NCBI RefSeq assembly: GCF_036321535.1
Contig: NC_087472.1
Coordinates: 98,768,001-98,832,000, forward strand
Direction: 5' to 3'
DNA length: 64,000 nt
From: Camelus dromedarius
Taxonomy: Eukaryota
Part shown: one piece after another, positions 24,101 to 36,430 of the stretch
How the letters are laid out: the number at the start of each line of letters is the position of its first letter
Position numbering within the stretch: the first letter of the stretch is position 1
Position numbers and translations under genes: made by a program
The notes under the pieces: generated by a model
What the model was told of the DNA's origin: nothing
Database searches by the model: none
Seen by the model: the letters and a program-made list of their open reading frames with translations, nothing else

Positions 24101-26067
24101 AGTGATGCTTTTCTTATTCTCTGAATTTATATAACTCGTCCTTATTCTTTCTTCCTGAGCATGCCATTATCACACTCACACAGAAGTCTTTCTGTTCTTT
24201 TGGTTATTTACATGTTGGACCATGTTAAGATGGCATAATTCTTGCCTGTAAGTTGGACCAAGGCAAAAATTCCAGTCAAAGACATACAAATATATGGGTA
24301 ATGCTTATAAACCCACTGTTTATTATATGACAAAACTGAGATTCCCCCTAGGAAATGATTATTATTTGAACCTTATGTCTTTGATCTGGGTTCATATATA
24401 ATCATAGAACAGCAAATAAGCAGAGAAACAAAGCAATGGCAATTTGAATGACATATGCAAGTAGTTCAACTCATTCCATTTGATAATATCTTCATGGCAT
24501 GTAGTTCCATTTAAAAGTGCTGAGTTTAGAAACATATAAACACTATTTAGTGTTGTTTATTTTTTAAAGGTTCTACTGAATTTTGAAAAAGGTCATACGA
24601 AGAACTGAAAAAATGTGTAAGAAACTGGTGTGCTGGCATGTGGGCTTTTAATGACATTGCTGTGTACAGATATTGTTGTCTTCTATTTCTGGTTAAGAAA
24701 TGGGGGTGCAGATTGGTATAATCCGGGGGATAAGCTCCTTCAAAGCACAAATTCAGGTTATTAATTTTTCACTCTCCCCTCACCCAATGTTTAACATTTG
24801 ACCTAGCACATAGTAATAAATTTGGCTGATGTAGAGGAAGATAATCTGGGGAGAGACTCATATAGGTCAATATGATAGAATAAGGGTACTTTATTTCCAA
24901 AGCAATGATCTTAATTCAGAGGATCACAAAACTTAAACCTTCAGTAAAAAAAGAATAGGATCTCTTCAAAGATAGGGAAAATGGGTCAGATATAACGTTC
25001 AACAACTGATGAATAGAAGGAATGAAATAAGAAACCAGAAACTTTGACTCTGTTAAGCACTCATATTGTTATAGAAAGGGCTCTCTGTTGGACCAAACAC
25101 AGATTAGCTCTTGTTTTTTCCAAAAGATCTTGTAACACATGATTAGGACTAAGAAGTAAATAAGACAGTAATGGTATAGAGAAGGGACAACATGGAGAAA
25201 AGGAATGGAGTCAAAAAGTGTTTGTAAAAAGCATATTTAGGAGAAAAAAATTATTGATTATTGAATTTGTGAATTTGAGGATAAACTAGACATTTATTAG
25301 GGTTGCTTTATTAAATTTTATTTCACTAATTCACAATTCTAAATTATTTATCAATAATCAAGGAGATAGTGGAAAAGAAACAGTAAGATATAGAGAGGGG
25401 GTTCTCAAACCTATGAAAATCAGTGTTCCCTTTTTATAACATAATTTTTAGGTCCTTTTTATTTCCCTGAAATGAAATTCATATGTAATATAACACACTT
25501 ACACAGATGAGTTTTTTTAAATAAGAATTAAAGGTTTATTAGTGATAATTTCAACACTAACTCAGACAAAAGACTGTAATAATCACTTGTGACAGAGAAA
25601 AAAAGCATATGATTCTTTTTGGTTTTGTTTTTATTGAAGTATAGTTGATCTACAATATTATATTAGTTTCAGGTGTATAATGGAATGATTTAATATTTTT
25701 ATGGATTATACTACATTTAAATTTATTATAAAATATTAGCTATATTCCCTGTGCTATACAATATATCCTTTTTGTTTATCTATTTTATACATAGTAGTTT
25801 GTATCTCTTAATCCCATATTCCTAATTTGAACTCCCTCCTTCTCTTTCCCCTGTGGTAACCACTATTTTGTTTTCTGTATCTGTGAATCTATTTGTTTTG
25901 TTATATTCATTCATTCATTTTATTTTTTAAGATTCCATATATAAGTGATAACATACAGTATTTGTCTTTCTCTGTCTGACTTATTTCACTAAGCATAATA
26001 CTCTCTAGGTGCATCCATGTCACAAATGACAGAATTTCACTCTTTTTATGGCTGAATAATATTCCTC

Positions 26068-26070
26068 TGT

Positions 26071-26102
<32 letters not shown>
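26068..26102. repeat. (TG)n microsatellite within the L1 3' region
   Basis: tgtgtgtatgtgtgtg... run of about 35 bp with one interruption. Confidence 0.95.
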
Positions 26103-27830
26103 ATCACCTCTTCTTTATTCATTCATATCTTGATGGACAGGTTGCTTCCATTTCTTGGCTATTGTAAATAGTGCTGCTATGAACATTGGAGTGCATGTAT
26201 TTTTTCAAATTAGTGTTTTCATTTTCTTCATATGTATACTTAAGAGTGGAATTGCTGGATCACATGGTAGTTTTATTTTAGTTTTTTGAGGAACCTCCAT
26301 ACTGTTCTCCATAGTGGTTCCACCAATTTACATTCCCACCAACAGTGTGCAATAATTCCCTTTTCTCCACATCCTCACCAGTGTTTGTTATTTGTAGACT
26401 TTTTGATGATAGCCATTCTTACAGTTGTGAGGTGATATCTCATTATAGTTTTGATTTGCATTTCTCTGGTGATTAGTGAAGTTAAGTGTCTTTTCATGTG
26501 CCTGTTGGCCATCTATGTATCTTTTATTGAAAACTGTCGACTCAGATCTTCTACCTATTTTTTAATGAGGTTGTTTTTTTTTTGATATTGAGTTGTATGA
26601 GCTATTTGTATATTTTGGATATTGACCCCTTATCAGCCATATTATTTGCAAATATTTTCTCCCATTCAGTAGGTTGTCTTTTTGTTTTATCAATGGTTTC
26701 CTTTGCTGTGCAAAAGCCTTTAAGTTTAATTAGGTCCCATTTGCTTATTTTTGCTTTTGTTTCCTTTGCCTTGGAAGATAGATCCAAAAAAAATATTGCT
26801 ATGTCATAGAGTGTTCTGCCTGTGTTTTATTTTCCTCTAGAAATGTTATGCTTTCTAGCCTTCCATTTATGCATTTCATCCATCTTGAGTTTATTTTTGT
26901 GTGTGGTGTGAGAAAATGTTCTAGTTTCATTCTTTTACATATAGCTGTCCAGTTTTCTTAGCACCACTTATTGAAGAGAATGTCTTCTCTCCATTGGATA
27001 TTTTTGCCTCCTTTGTCATAAGTTGATTGACCATAGATACATGTGTTTATTTCTGGGTTCTCTATTCTGCTGCATTGATCTATGTGTCTGTTTTTGTGTT
27101 AGTACCATACTGTTTTGATTACTGTAGTTTTGTAGTATAGTCTGAAGCCAAGACGCATGCACCTTTATTCTTTGTTCTCAAGATTTCTTTGGCAATACGG
27201 GGTCTTTTGTGGTTCCATATAAATTTTAGGAATATTTTTCTAGTTCTGTGAAAAATGTCATGGGTATTTCAATAGGGATTGCATTAAATCTATAGATTGC
27301 TTTGGGTAATATGGATATTTTAACAATATTAATTCTTCCAATCCATGAATGTGGGATATTTTTATCTGGTTGTCTTTGTAGTTCTCTGTTGCTTTCTTCT
27401 TCTTTTAGTTTCTTTTCTTGCTGTTTGATGATTTTCTTTAGTGGTATGCTTTCTTTTTCTCTTGTTTTTGTGTATCTATTGTAGGTTTTTGATTTGTGGT
27501 TACCATAGGGTTCATATATGTTGACCTATAACTATATATACTTATTTTAAACTGGTAGTCATTTCGGTTCAAACACATTCTAAAAGAACTATATTTTTAC
27601 TCCCTTCCCCACATTTTGTATTTGGATGCCATGTTTTACATCTTCATATTTCTCCCTTCACTTTTCGTTGTAGTTGTGACATTTTACAAATGTTTGTATT
27701 TTAATCTTCTTACTAGCTTATTTAAGTGGTTGATCCACAGCCTTTACTCTACATTTGCCTTTACTAGGGGGATTTTCCTTTGTTTATAGATTCTTACTTC
27801 TTATTGTACCCCCCTCTTTTTTTTTCAACC

Positions 27831-28705
27831 ATTTAAAGAAAGCCTTTAACATATCTTTTATGGTAGGTTTAGTATTGATGAACTCTTTTAGTTTTTGTTT
27901 GTTTGAGGAGTTCTTTATCTCTCCTTCAATTCTGAATGATAATCTTGCTGGGTAGAGTATCCTAGGTTACAGATTTTCCCCTTTAGTATTTTAAATATGT
28001 TATGCCACTCCCTTCTGGACTGCAAAATTTCTTCAGAAAAATCCACTGATAGCCTTATAGGGGTTCCCTTGTATGTGATTCTTTGTTTTTTTCTTGATTT
28101 TCTTTGTATGTTTAACTTTTGCCATTTTAATTATATGTCTTGGTCTGGATCTGTTTGGGTTCATCTTGTTTGGGATCCCATTTGTTTCCTTTACCAGGGT
28201 ATCTGTTTCCTTCTTCACGTTTCGGAATTTTTCAGTCCCAACTTTATCAAATACATTTTTGACCTTTTTCTCTCTCTCTTCTACTTCTGGGACACCTATA
28301 ATGTGAATGTTGATATACTTGATGTTGGCCTAGAGATTCCTTAAACTGTTATTCTTTAGAATTTGTTTTTCTTTTTGCTGTTCTGATCATGTGATTTCCA
28401 TTATTGTATCTTCCAGATTACTTATGTGTTTTACTGTATCATCTATTTTGCTGTTAATTCCTTCTAAGTATGTTTTTCATTTCAGTTATTGCATTCTTCA
28501 ATCTGAGTGGTTCTTTTTTTATATTTTCTAGTTCCTTGTTAAAATTCTCACTCTTTACATCTATTCTTTTCCCTAACTCAGTTAGCATTCTTATTACTAA
28601 TGCTTTGAATTCTATCTCATAAATTGTTTATTTCTATTTCATTAGTGTTTTTTAAGTGTTTTTCTCTTATTCCTTCGTTTGAAATAAATTCCTATGTCTT
28701 CTCAT
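27831..28705 (-). pseudogene. L1 ORF1p remnant of the second internally deleted element
   Basis: Starts MRRHRNLFQTKE*; ORF 28033-28218 contains PNKMNPNRSRPRHIIKMAKVK. Confidence 0.8.
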
Positions 28706-31239
28706 TTTGCTTAACTTTCTCTGTCTCTTGAAATTAGGTGAAACACCTTTTCTGGTCTTGAAGGGGTCTTTAGGTGGGAGTGTCCCTATGCATTCTGTGT
28801 GTGCATAGTGCCTTTGGTGGGAGAGGTAGCTCCAGCATGTACATGAGTAATGTCTTCCCTCTGGGTATGCTGGCAGCTATGTTAGGAGTTGGGGCTGGAG
28901 ATGGAGGGGCTAGAGCCAGAGCCAAGCGTGAGCCTGGACTTCTCTGCTCAGTGGCCAATGCCACCCTATTGAGTGTGTGGGGGGGCAGTTCCCAAGTTGC
29001 TGAAGCAGAATGCCTGAGGATCAGGTCCAAGCTGGCTCCATTCCCTGTAAGTGTGTGTCCCCCACTTCCTAGCACAGGTACCCTTGCCCCAGAGGAAGGC
29101 AGTGCTGGAGCAAGAGGGGCTGGAACAGGCACTCAGCGTGGGCTGAGGCACTGGCTGTGGCAGTCCCAGCATCAGTGAGAGTCCTGAATGCTGTTCCTGG
29201 TTCAAGCTGCCTCTGTCTTTCACAGCCACACACTCCCCTCAGCCATGACAACCCTGACCCTAGTGTGGAGCTGCCTCTTGTAGTAAGAAGGGTTGGAACT
29301 GGTGCTTGGCTCAGGCTGGGGCATGCACTGGGGCAGTCACAGGAAACCACCCAAAGTCCCTGGCAGTTTCAGTCTGCTTCCACAGCCTTGTTTTGGGAAT
29401 ACGCAAGAATGTGCATACTCTTCATGAGTGGAATGTAGGTTTCTTACAGCCGCACTGTCAGTCCCAGTGGTCTTCAAACCAGCTAAGGGGACTTGTCCTC
29501 TTGATGTCACACCCCAGGACTAGGGTGCCCAATATGTGGTTTGCATGGCTCACTCCCTAGGGAGGATCTCCAAGCCCATGTAACCCCCCTCCTCTTCTGT
29601 GTCCCTTCCCAGGGGTACAGGTCCCTACTTAATTGCCTCTCTTCTCTTCCTACAGGACTCTGTGGATATTTCTTAAAGCCTTAGTTGTATAAGAGTCGTT
29701 CTGCCAGCCTCCAGTTTGTTTTTAGTGAGAATTGCTCCATATGTATATTTTTTTGATGTGTTCGTGGGGAAAGGTGAGCTCTGCATCCTTCTACTCTGCC
29801 GTCTTGATCCTGTCCTCACACAGATACATTTTTAAAAAGCAGTAAAACATCCAAATTGTAGTATAAAGGAGAAATAAAAGGAAAGTATAATAAATGTGTT
29901 TCAGTGATGTGTTTTATAGTATGTAGTTCATTTCAACAATGTATTTTATTACATATAATACATTACATAGAAATATGTAATTTATAATATATTTCAATAT
30001 GTGTATAGGCATGATTACACTTTAAAACATGATGTCAATTGCTTGCATCCATTATTATAATCTGTGAATACAACAGCTACAGATGCAGATCAATCCAGGT
30101 GTGTTGTACTAGTAACTCAAATATGTACACAGCATTGCCTTAGGGATATGATTTTCCTGAAAGGTAAATAACTCTTGTTAAAGTTCCAAAGAAGGCTCAT
30201 GAAACAAAATACAGCCTTGCTTTGATTTATACAGTGGTTGCATTTCTATAAAATTCAGTGCAGATTAATACCTTTCAAAAAACACTTTGTGTGACATGGA
30301 GTTAGGTTCTAAGTGTAAATACTTATAAATGGGATTTTCACTTACATGGCTATCAGGGAAGATATTAGAAACTTCTGTGGGATATAGAACAGTTGTTTGC
30401 TGTATGTCAGTGTTTTACCCTGGCCCACCAAATGGCAGTACCATCCCCAAATCATTGTGAAAATTAAAAATTCTCTTTCAAGTTTCCAAAATACTCATTA
30501 TTGGCAGTTCATATCCTGATAGGTGTTGGGGGTCAGCCACAGACTTCAGCCAAAGGTTTGTTTTACCTCTAACACTAACATTCTCTGTCCTTGGGCAAGT
30601 CATTGTATCTTTTTGAATCTCAGTTGAGAGAATGGTGGGGGGATGGAACTAGGGATGCATAAAGCCTATTTTGCAGTATAAGGTGGAGAGAGACTCGTCT
30701 TCAGAGTGTATCAGTCATACAGCAGCTTCAAGACTCTTAGCTGCTAGTGCTTTGGGAGATCTTGTTCAATATTCTTCTGGAGTTCAGACCACATCAATCT
30801 CAGGATAAGAGTTATACTTGTTATGAATCAAATCTTTATTTTTTCTGTTGACTCTTGCTTTATTAGACCACCCAGTCCTTTGAGAAAATCAAGACTAGAA
30901 AAATTTTCACTGGTACTCATCTCCATGCACTAACTGATTCCCAAACCCTGCCCCAAACCTTAAGTATTCTCATTGGACCTCCAAATAAGAGCCTGTTTCC
31001 CACCTTACACCTTGGATGCATTGGAATGTCAGCACAGGCTGTTTGATCAGGCTCTCTGAGTCTAGTCAGGGAGAAAGAATGAAGACATCATTGGAACTGA
31101 GAGCGTGTTTCCAAATCCTAGATTCTCACTCTCCAAAAGGAAGGTGAAAAAGTAAAATACCTTCAGCTTATTTTGGAGTAGTGCTAATTGCACATCTTTT
31201 TCCTCTTTATAGTAGTAAGCAGAGTGATAGATGGTATTA

Positions 31240-31697
31240 ATTTGTTTACAAATCTTTCCCTCCCTGCCCTTGCCATGGATTGTGAATGTAGAGAATATAC
31301 TTCCTCAATCCACTAATGTTTGGCTTAGTCATAAGATTTGCTTTAGCCCATTTAAAGTGGGCAGAATTGAGAGTATGACAGTTTTCAGTTGTAGGCTTCA
31401 AAGAAATATGGAAGGTTTCTGTCAGCCCTCTTATAAACCTATCCTTTGTCATGAAAAGAGCTTGAACTGTTGAACAGCTACTGGTTCCAGAATGAAGGGA
31501 TATGCAAAATAGACGTATGGTCAGTCATAGTCGGGAGCCAAGACATGTAAGCTCAGTCAAGTCCATTTGGCCAACAGCTGACCTGTATAAGTGTCAGAGA
31601 AATATGTATTTGTGGTTTTAAGCCACTGAGAATTGGAGAGGGGAGGGGAGGGAGAAGTCTGTTAAGCAGTCCTAATGTTAAAAACCTGACTGATAAA
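31240..31697 (+). mobile_element. Old MLT1 (H/I/J-like) LTR
   Basis: 'cataagatttgctttagccc...gtgggcagaa', 'tgtcatgaaaagagc', 'tgtggttttaagccactgaga...ctgactgata'. Confidence 0.6.
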
Positions 31698-32477
31698 GCA
31701 GACTAGTTCCACAGTAGGCACCTCACAACATTATGAAAGAAGACACCACACATTAAGTTGTGGTCAACAGCCAGGTTTGCCCCTTGAAAAAGAGGATCTA
31801 ACTTCTCTAACTTGGAGATTCAGTAAGGTACTTAAGGTTTTTGGCAAAGAGTGAGGATCAGGTAGTAAGAAGAGATGATTACCACTGAAAGTTTTCCTAG
31901 CCTAGATTTTCTCAAGGGATTGGGTGGCTTAAATAAAGCACTAGTCATATGATAAAAGGAAAATTTGCACTATATCATGGGTAGCTCTTATCTTGAGAAT
32001 GGTGATATCTGAGCCCCAGAAGACTATTGGCCAAGATGCCCCCAAAGCATTAGAAGTCTCAAAGCTGCTATATGATTGATATCCTCTCTGGTCTCCTTAT
32101 ACTTTAAAATTATTTCATTCAATGGAATGAATGAAAAAGAGGAACTCCATTGGAAGTGGTTAGTAATAGTAGTAAAACAACACTCCATGTGTCTGAAAAA
32201 AATTGAGGAGAAAAATCTGAAGCAGATAGAAGCAGTTTGGTGTGAATTGTAATGGTGCCCATATTGGAGTGCTGCTTCAAAGTTAATTAGCACTTAGAGA
32301 CTTGGTAATGAAACCTGAACAGTTATGCTGGAATGAGGGGCATCATTTACACAGCTGAAGGGAATGCTTGGATTGCCAATTGAAGTTACTGTGGAGAACC
32401 TTATTAAATTAAATCTAATGAAGGAATGGGATGAAACATCATCAACTATATTTTCATCAACATTTTAAATTTCAGAG

Positions 32478-32640
32478 GATCATAGAATATTTTCAAGCTG
32501 GAAGGGATCTTGGAGTTTGGTCTAATACTTTCAATTTTACCAGGAAATTGATGCAAGAAAATTGAGTAGTTCTGCCTAAACTCACAGATAGTAGCAAATT
32601 TAGCACTGGAGTCCAGGATCCTGAGTTTACTGCCTCTTTT
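32478..32640 (-). mobile_element. MIR fragment
   Basis: 'atcatagaatatttcaagctggaagggatcttggag...aattttaccaggaaattgatgc...ctgcctaaactcacagatagt'. Confidence 0.7.
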
Positions 32641-33773
32641 CATCTTTTGTTCTTTGTTTTTTTAATTCTTAATTTTAATAATTTAATCAAATTATCCTAG
32701 GAAATAAAGAGAAATAAAGGAAAAATTCCCTTAAAACTGCTACCTAATCTGTTTCTTGAAAGTTTGATATTTTGCTGAGTGGGTATGGGTGATTGGTTTA
32801 GACCCTTAGCTTCTTTACTTTCTGCTCTGACAACGTTTTGAAGATATTTTTCTTTCTGCTACTATTACTTGGAAATTCCAATACTTCAAAGCCTTATGTA
32901 AATTTCACTTCATAGAGGAGGAGCTGGCAAAACAAGTGGCAACATGAGAGGTTTTTAAAGTCCTGAGGACGTATACTAACTAAAATATAGGTCTCTGTTT
33001 AAGGGAGGATAAAGAATGTCTAGATTACTTCCTGCTTACTCTTAGTGAGTTCTGTGTAACGTTTTTTAATTGAAAACTTTATTTGAGATAATTTTAGATC
33101 ACATACAGTTGTAAGAATAGCACAGAGAAATCCAGTGTACCCTTTACTCAATTTCTCCAAATGGTAACATCTTGCAAAACTATAGTATGGTATCACAAAG
33201 GACATTGACATTGATATAATCTACCAATCTAATTCAGATCTCCTGTTTTACCTTTATTCTTGTGTATGTGTGTGTATGTCCTATATAATTTTATCATATG
33301 TGCTCACTAGTATGGTCAAGCAAAAAAAAAAAAATAGTTCTGTCACTGTGAGGATCCCTTGTATTGCCCACCTCCCTCTTCCTACCCAGCCCCAATCCTG
33401 ATACCTAATCTGGTCTCCATTTCTATAATTTTGTCATTTCAAAATGTTATATTAATGGAATTATTCAGCATTTAACCTTTTAGGATTAGCTGTTTTCATT
33501 CAGCATAATTCCCTGGAAATTCATCCAAGTTGTTTTGTGTATCATTCCTTTTTATTGCTGAGTAGTATTCCATTGTATGGATATACAGTAGTTTGTTTAA
33601 TCAATTACCTGTTAAAAGATATCTGGCTTGTTTTCAGTTGTTGGCTATTATGAATAAATCTGCTATGATCATTTGGATATAGGTTTTTGTGTGAACAAAA
33701 GTTTTCATTTCTCTGAGATAAATACCCAAGACTGCAATTGCTGGCTTATGTAATAATCACATATTTAGTTTTT

Positions 33774-33975
33774 TTTAAACTGAAGTATAGTCAGTTACTA
33801 TGTGTCAGTTTCTGGTATACAGCATAATGTCCCAGTCACACATATATATGCATATATTCATTTCCATATTCTTTTTCATTAAAGGTTATTACAAGATATT
33901 GAATATAGTTCCCTGTGCTATACAGGAGAAATTTGTTTTTTTATCTATTTTTACATATAATAGTTAATATTTTTT
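33774..33975 (-). mobile_element. Short young L1 3'-end insertion
   Basis: 'tgaagtatagtcagttactatgtgtcagtttctggtatacagcataatg'; 17-bp TSD TCACATAT(T/A)TAGTTTTT at 33757-33773 and 33976-33992. Confidence 0.9.
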
Positions 33976-35961
33976 TCACATATATAGTTTTTAGAGAAAT
34001 TGCCAGGACTATTTTCCAGAGTGGTTGTACCATTTTACATTCCCACCAGGAATTTGTGAGTAATTCACTGTCTCCATGTCATCACCAGCATTTGGTATTG
34101 TCACTATTTTTTATTTTAGCCATTCTGATGGATGTATAGTGATATCTCATTATGGTTTTAATTTGCATTTCCCTTATGGTCAATTATGTTGAACATCTTT
34201 TCATGTACTTGATGTGATATTATTTTTTTGGATACAATTATCAAGTTTCTCCTTTTATGGATTTTGCTTTTGATATGAAGTGTAAGAACTATTTGCCTAG
34301 CCTTCGATCCTAAAGATTTTCTCCTGTTTTTTCCTAACAGTTTTATATTTTACATTTAAGTACATTATCCATTTTGAGTTAATTTTTATATAACAGATGA
34401 GGGTCAAGTCAGGGTTTTCCTTTTCCCATTTGTATCCAGCTGCTCCAGTACTATTTCTTGAAAAGGCTATCTTTCCTCTTTTGAATTGCTTTGTATGCAT
34501 CTTTGTCAAAAATTAATTAAAAATATTGATTTGAGTCTTCTAGGTTCTCTATTACATTGGTCTATTTGTTTATCCCTTTGTTCATACAACATAGTTTTGA
34601 CTATGTAGCTATATATTAAATGTTAGTATTGGGTAGAGTGATTCTTCCTGCTTTGTTCTTTTTCAAGATTGTTTTAGGTATTCTAGGGCCTGTGTCTTTT
34701 CATATCAATTTTAGAATAATAATCTGATATCTATAAAAGTATTAATGGAATTCTGATGGGAATTATAACCTATAAATCAGTTTAATGAGAATTGGTACCT
34801 TTGCTTTGTTGTCTCCTCTAATACTTAAACATGATATGTCTCTTCACTTATTTACATAATCTTTGATTTTTTTATCAGCATTTTGAAATCTTTAGCATAC
34901 AAAACCTGTATGCATTTTGGTAAATGTATAACTAAATATTTACTTTTCTTTGGAGTCATTGTAAATGATATCACATTTTAAATTCTGCATGTTTATTATT
35001 AGTATGTAAAAATGCAATTGATTTTTGTTTGTTAATATTGTATTTTGTAACCCTGCCAAACTCACTTTTAATTCTAAGATTTTTTCTGGAGATTCGTTAG
35101 GATTTCCTACATAGATAATCATTTCATCCACAAATAGGGACAGTTTTATTTTCTTCTTTCCAAACTGTACCCTTTTTATTCCTTTTTCATATGTTATTGC
35201 AGTGGTTCCAACTTCAAGTTCTATTTTGAATAAGACTGGTGAGAATGATCATCCTTCCCTTGTTACCAGTCTTAGGGAAAAAGCATTCAATCTTTCTCCA
35301 TTAAGTATGATGTTAGCTTTTGGTATTATGTAGATGTTCTTTTTCAAGTTGAGGTAATTTTCCTCCATTCCTAAGTTGCTGAGAGTTTTTATCATAAATG
35401 GGTGTTCTATGGGTAATATAGAAATGATTTTTCTATATCAATTGATATGATTATACTACTTTTCTTCTTTAGTCTGTTTATAGGGTGGATTACATTGATT
35501 TTCAAATGCTAAACCAGATTTTCAGAACTGCGATAAATCCTACTTGGTCATGGTCATCTTTCTACACACTTTTAGATATTGTTTGCTAATGTTTAATTTT
35601 GAGAATTTTGCATATAAGTTCATAACAGATTTTCTGTAACTTTTTTTTTTGTACTGTCTTTGATTAGTTTTGGTATAAGAGTAATACTGGTGTCATAGAT
35701 TGAGTCGGGATGTATTCCATCCTCTTCTTTTATCTGGAAGAGCTGGTATAAAATTGATGTTAATTATTTCTTAATGTTTTGTAGAATTCTCCTGTGCAAC
35801 TATCTGGGCCTGGAGATTTCTTTTACAGGAGATTCTAAATCATAGATTCAATATCCTGAATAGGACAATTGAGATGATCTGTTTCATCTTGTTTGCATTT
35901 TGTAGGAATCGGTCCTTTTCTTTTAAATGGTCATATTTATGAGCATTAAGTTGTTCATATT

Positions 35962-36430
35962 TGTATTGATTTCCTAGGGCTGCAATAACAAATTACCACA
36001 AACTGAGTGACTTAGAACAACAGAAATTTATTGTCTCCTACTGTAGGCTAGAAGTCCAAAATCAAGGAGTTGATAGGGCCATGCTCCCTCTGATACCTGT
36101 ATGGGAAGGATCATTCCTTGACTCTTTCAACTTCTAGTAGCCCCAGTTGTTCCTTGGCTTGTGGCAGCATAATTCTAATCTTTGTACAGTGTTCTCCCTG
36201 TGTCTCTTCATATCATCCTCCCCATATGCGTGTCTGTCTCTGCATCCAAATTTCTCATTTTTAAAAGGACACCAGTCATATTGAATTAGAGCCCACCCTG
36301 AATGACCCCATTTTAACTTGATTATCTTTGTGAAAATCCTATTTCCAAAAAAGGTCCCATTCTGATATGCTAGGGGTAAGGACTTCAATGTATCTTTTCT
36401 GGGGGGGGGGGCATAATTCAATTCATAACA
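35962..36430 (-). mobile_element. MLT1C/B-like MaLR solo LTR inserted in L1
   Basis: 'tgtattgatttcctagggctgcaataacaaattaccacaaactg...aaggacaccagtcatattgaattagagcccaccct...cataaca'; 5-bp TSD ATATT/GTATT. Confidence 0.9.

Larger units (their letters stand above)
25616..29817 (-). mobile_element. 5'-intact L1 with an internal deletion of the ORF2 EN and RT regions
   Basis: 5' end GAGGACAGGATCAAGACGGCAGAGTAG. ORF1 remnant at ~27831-28705. The inter-ORF spacer fuses at ~27360 to post-RT ORF2 ([28 protein letters not shown]). ORF 26602-26787 ([17 protein letters not shown]...[11 protein letters not shown]). 3'UTR and A-rich tail at ~25616-25632. Confidence 0.88.
25396..30520 (+). mobile_element. 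MER20B-like hAT-Charlie DNA transposon, split by the L1 insertion (pieces ~25396-25500 and ~29818-30520)
   Basis: Left piece 'ggttctcaaac...tccctttttataac...cctgaaatgaaattcata' continues after the insert as 'tataaaggagaaataaaaggaaag...cagctacagatgcaga...ggagttaggttcta...aatcattgtga', following the recalled MER20B order. Confidence 0.75.

Noticed and set aside
28770..29560. Overlapping 84-134 aa ORFs
   Set aside because: All lie within the GC-rich L1 5'UTR and are chance ORFs.
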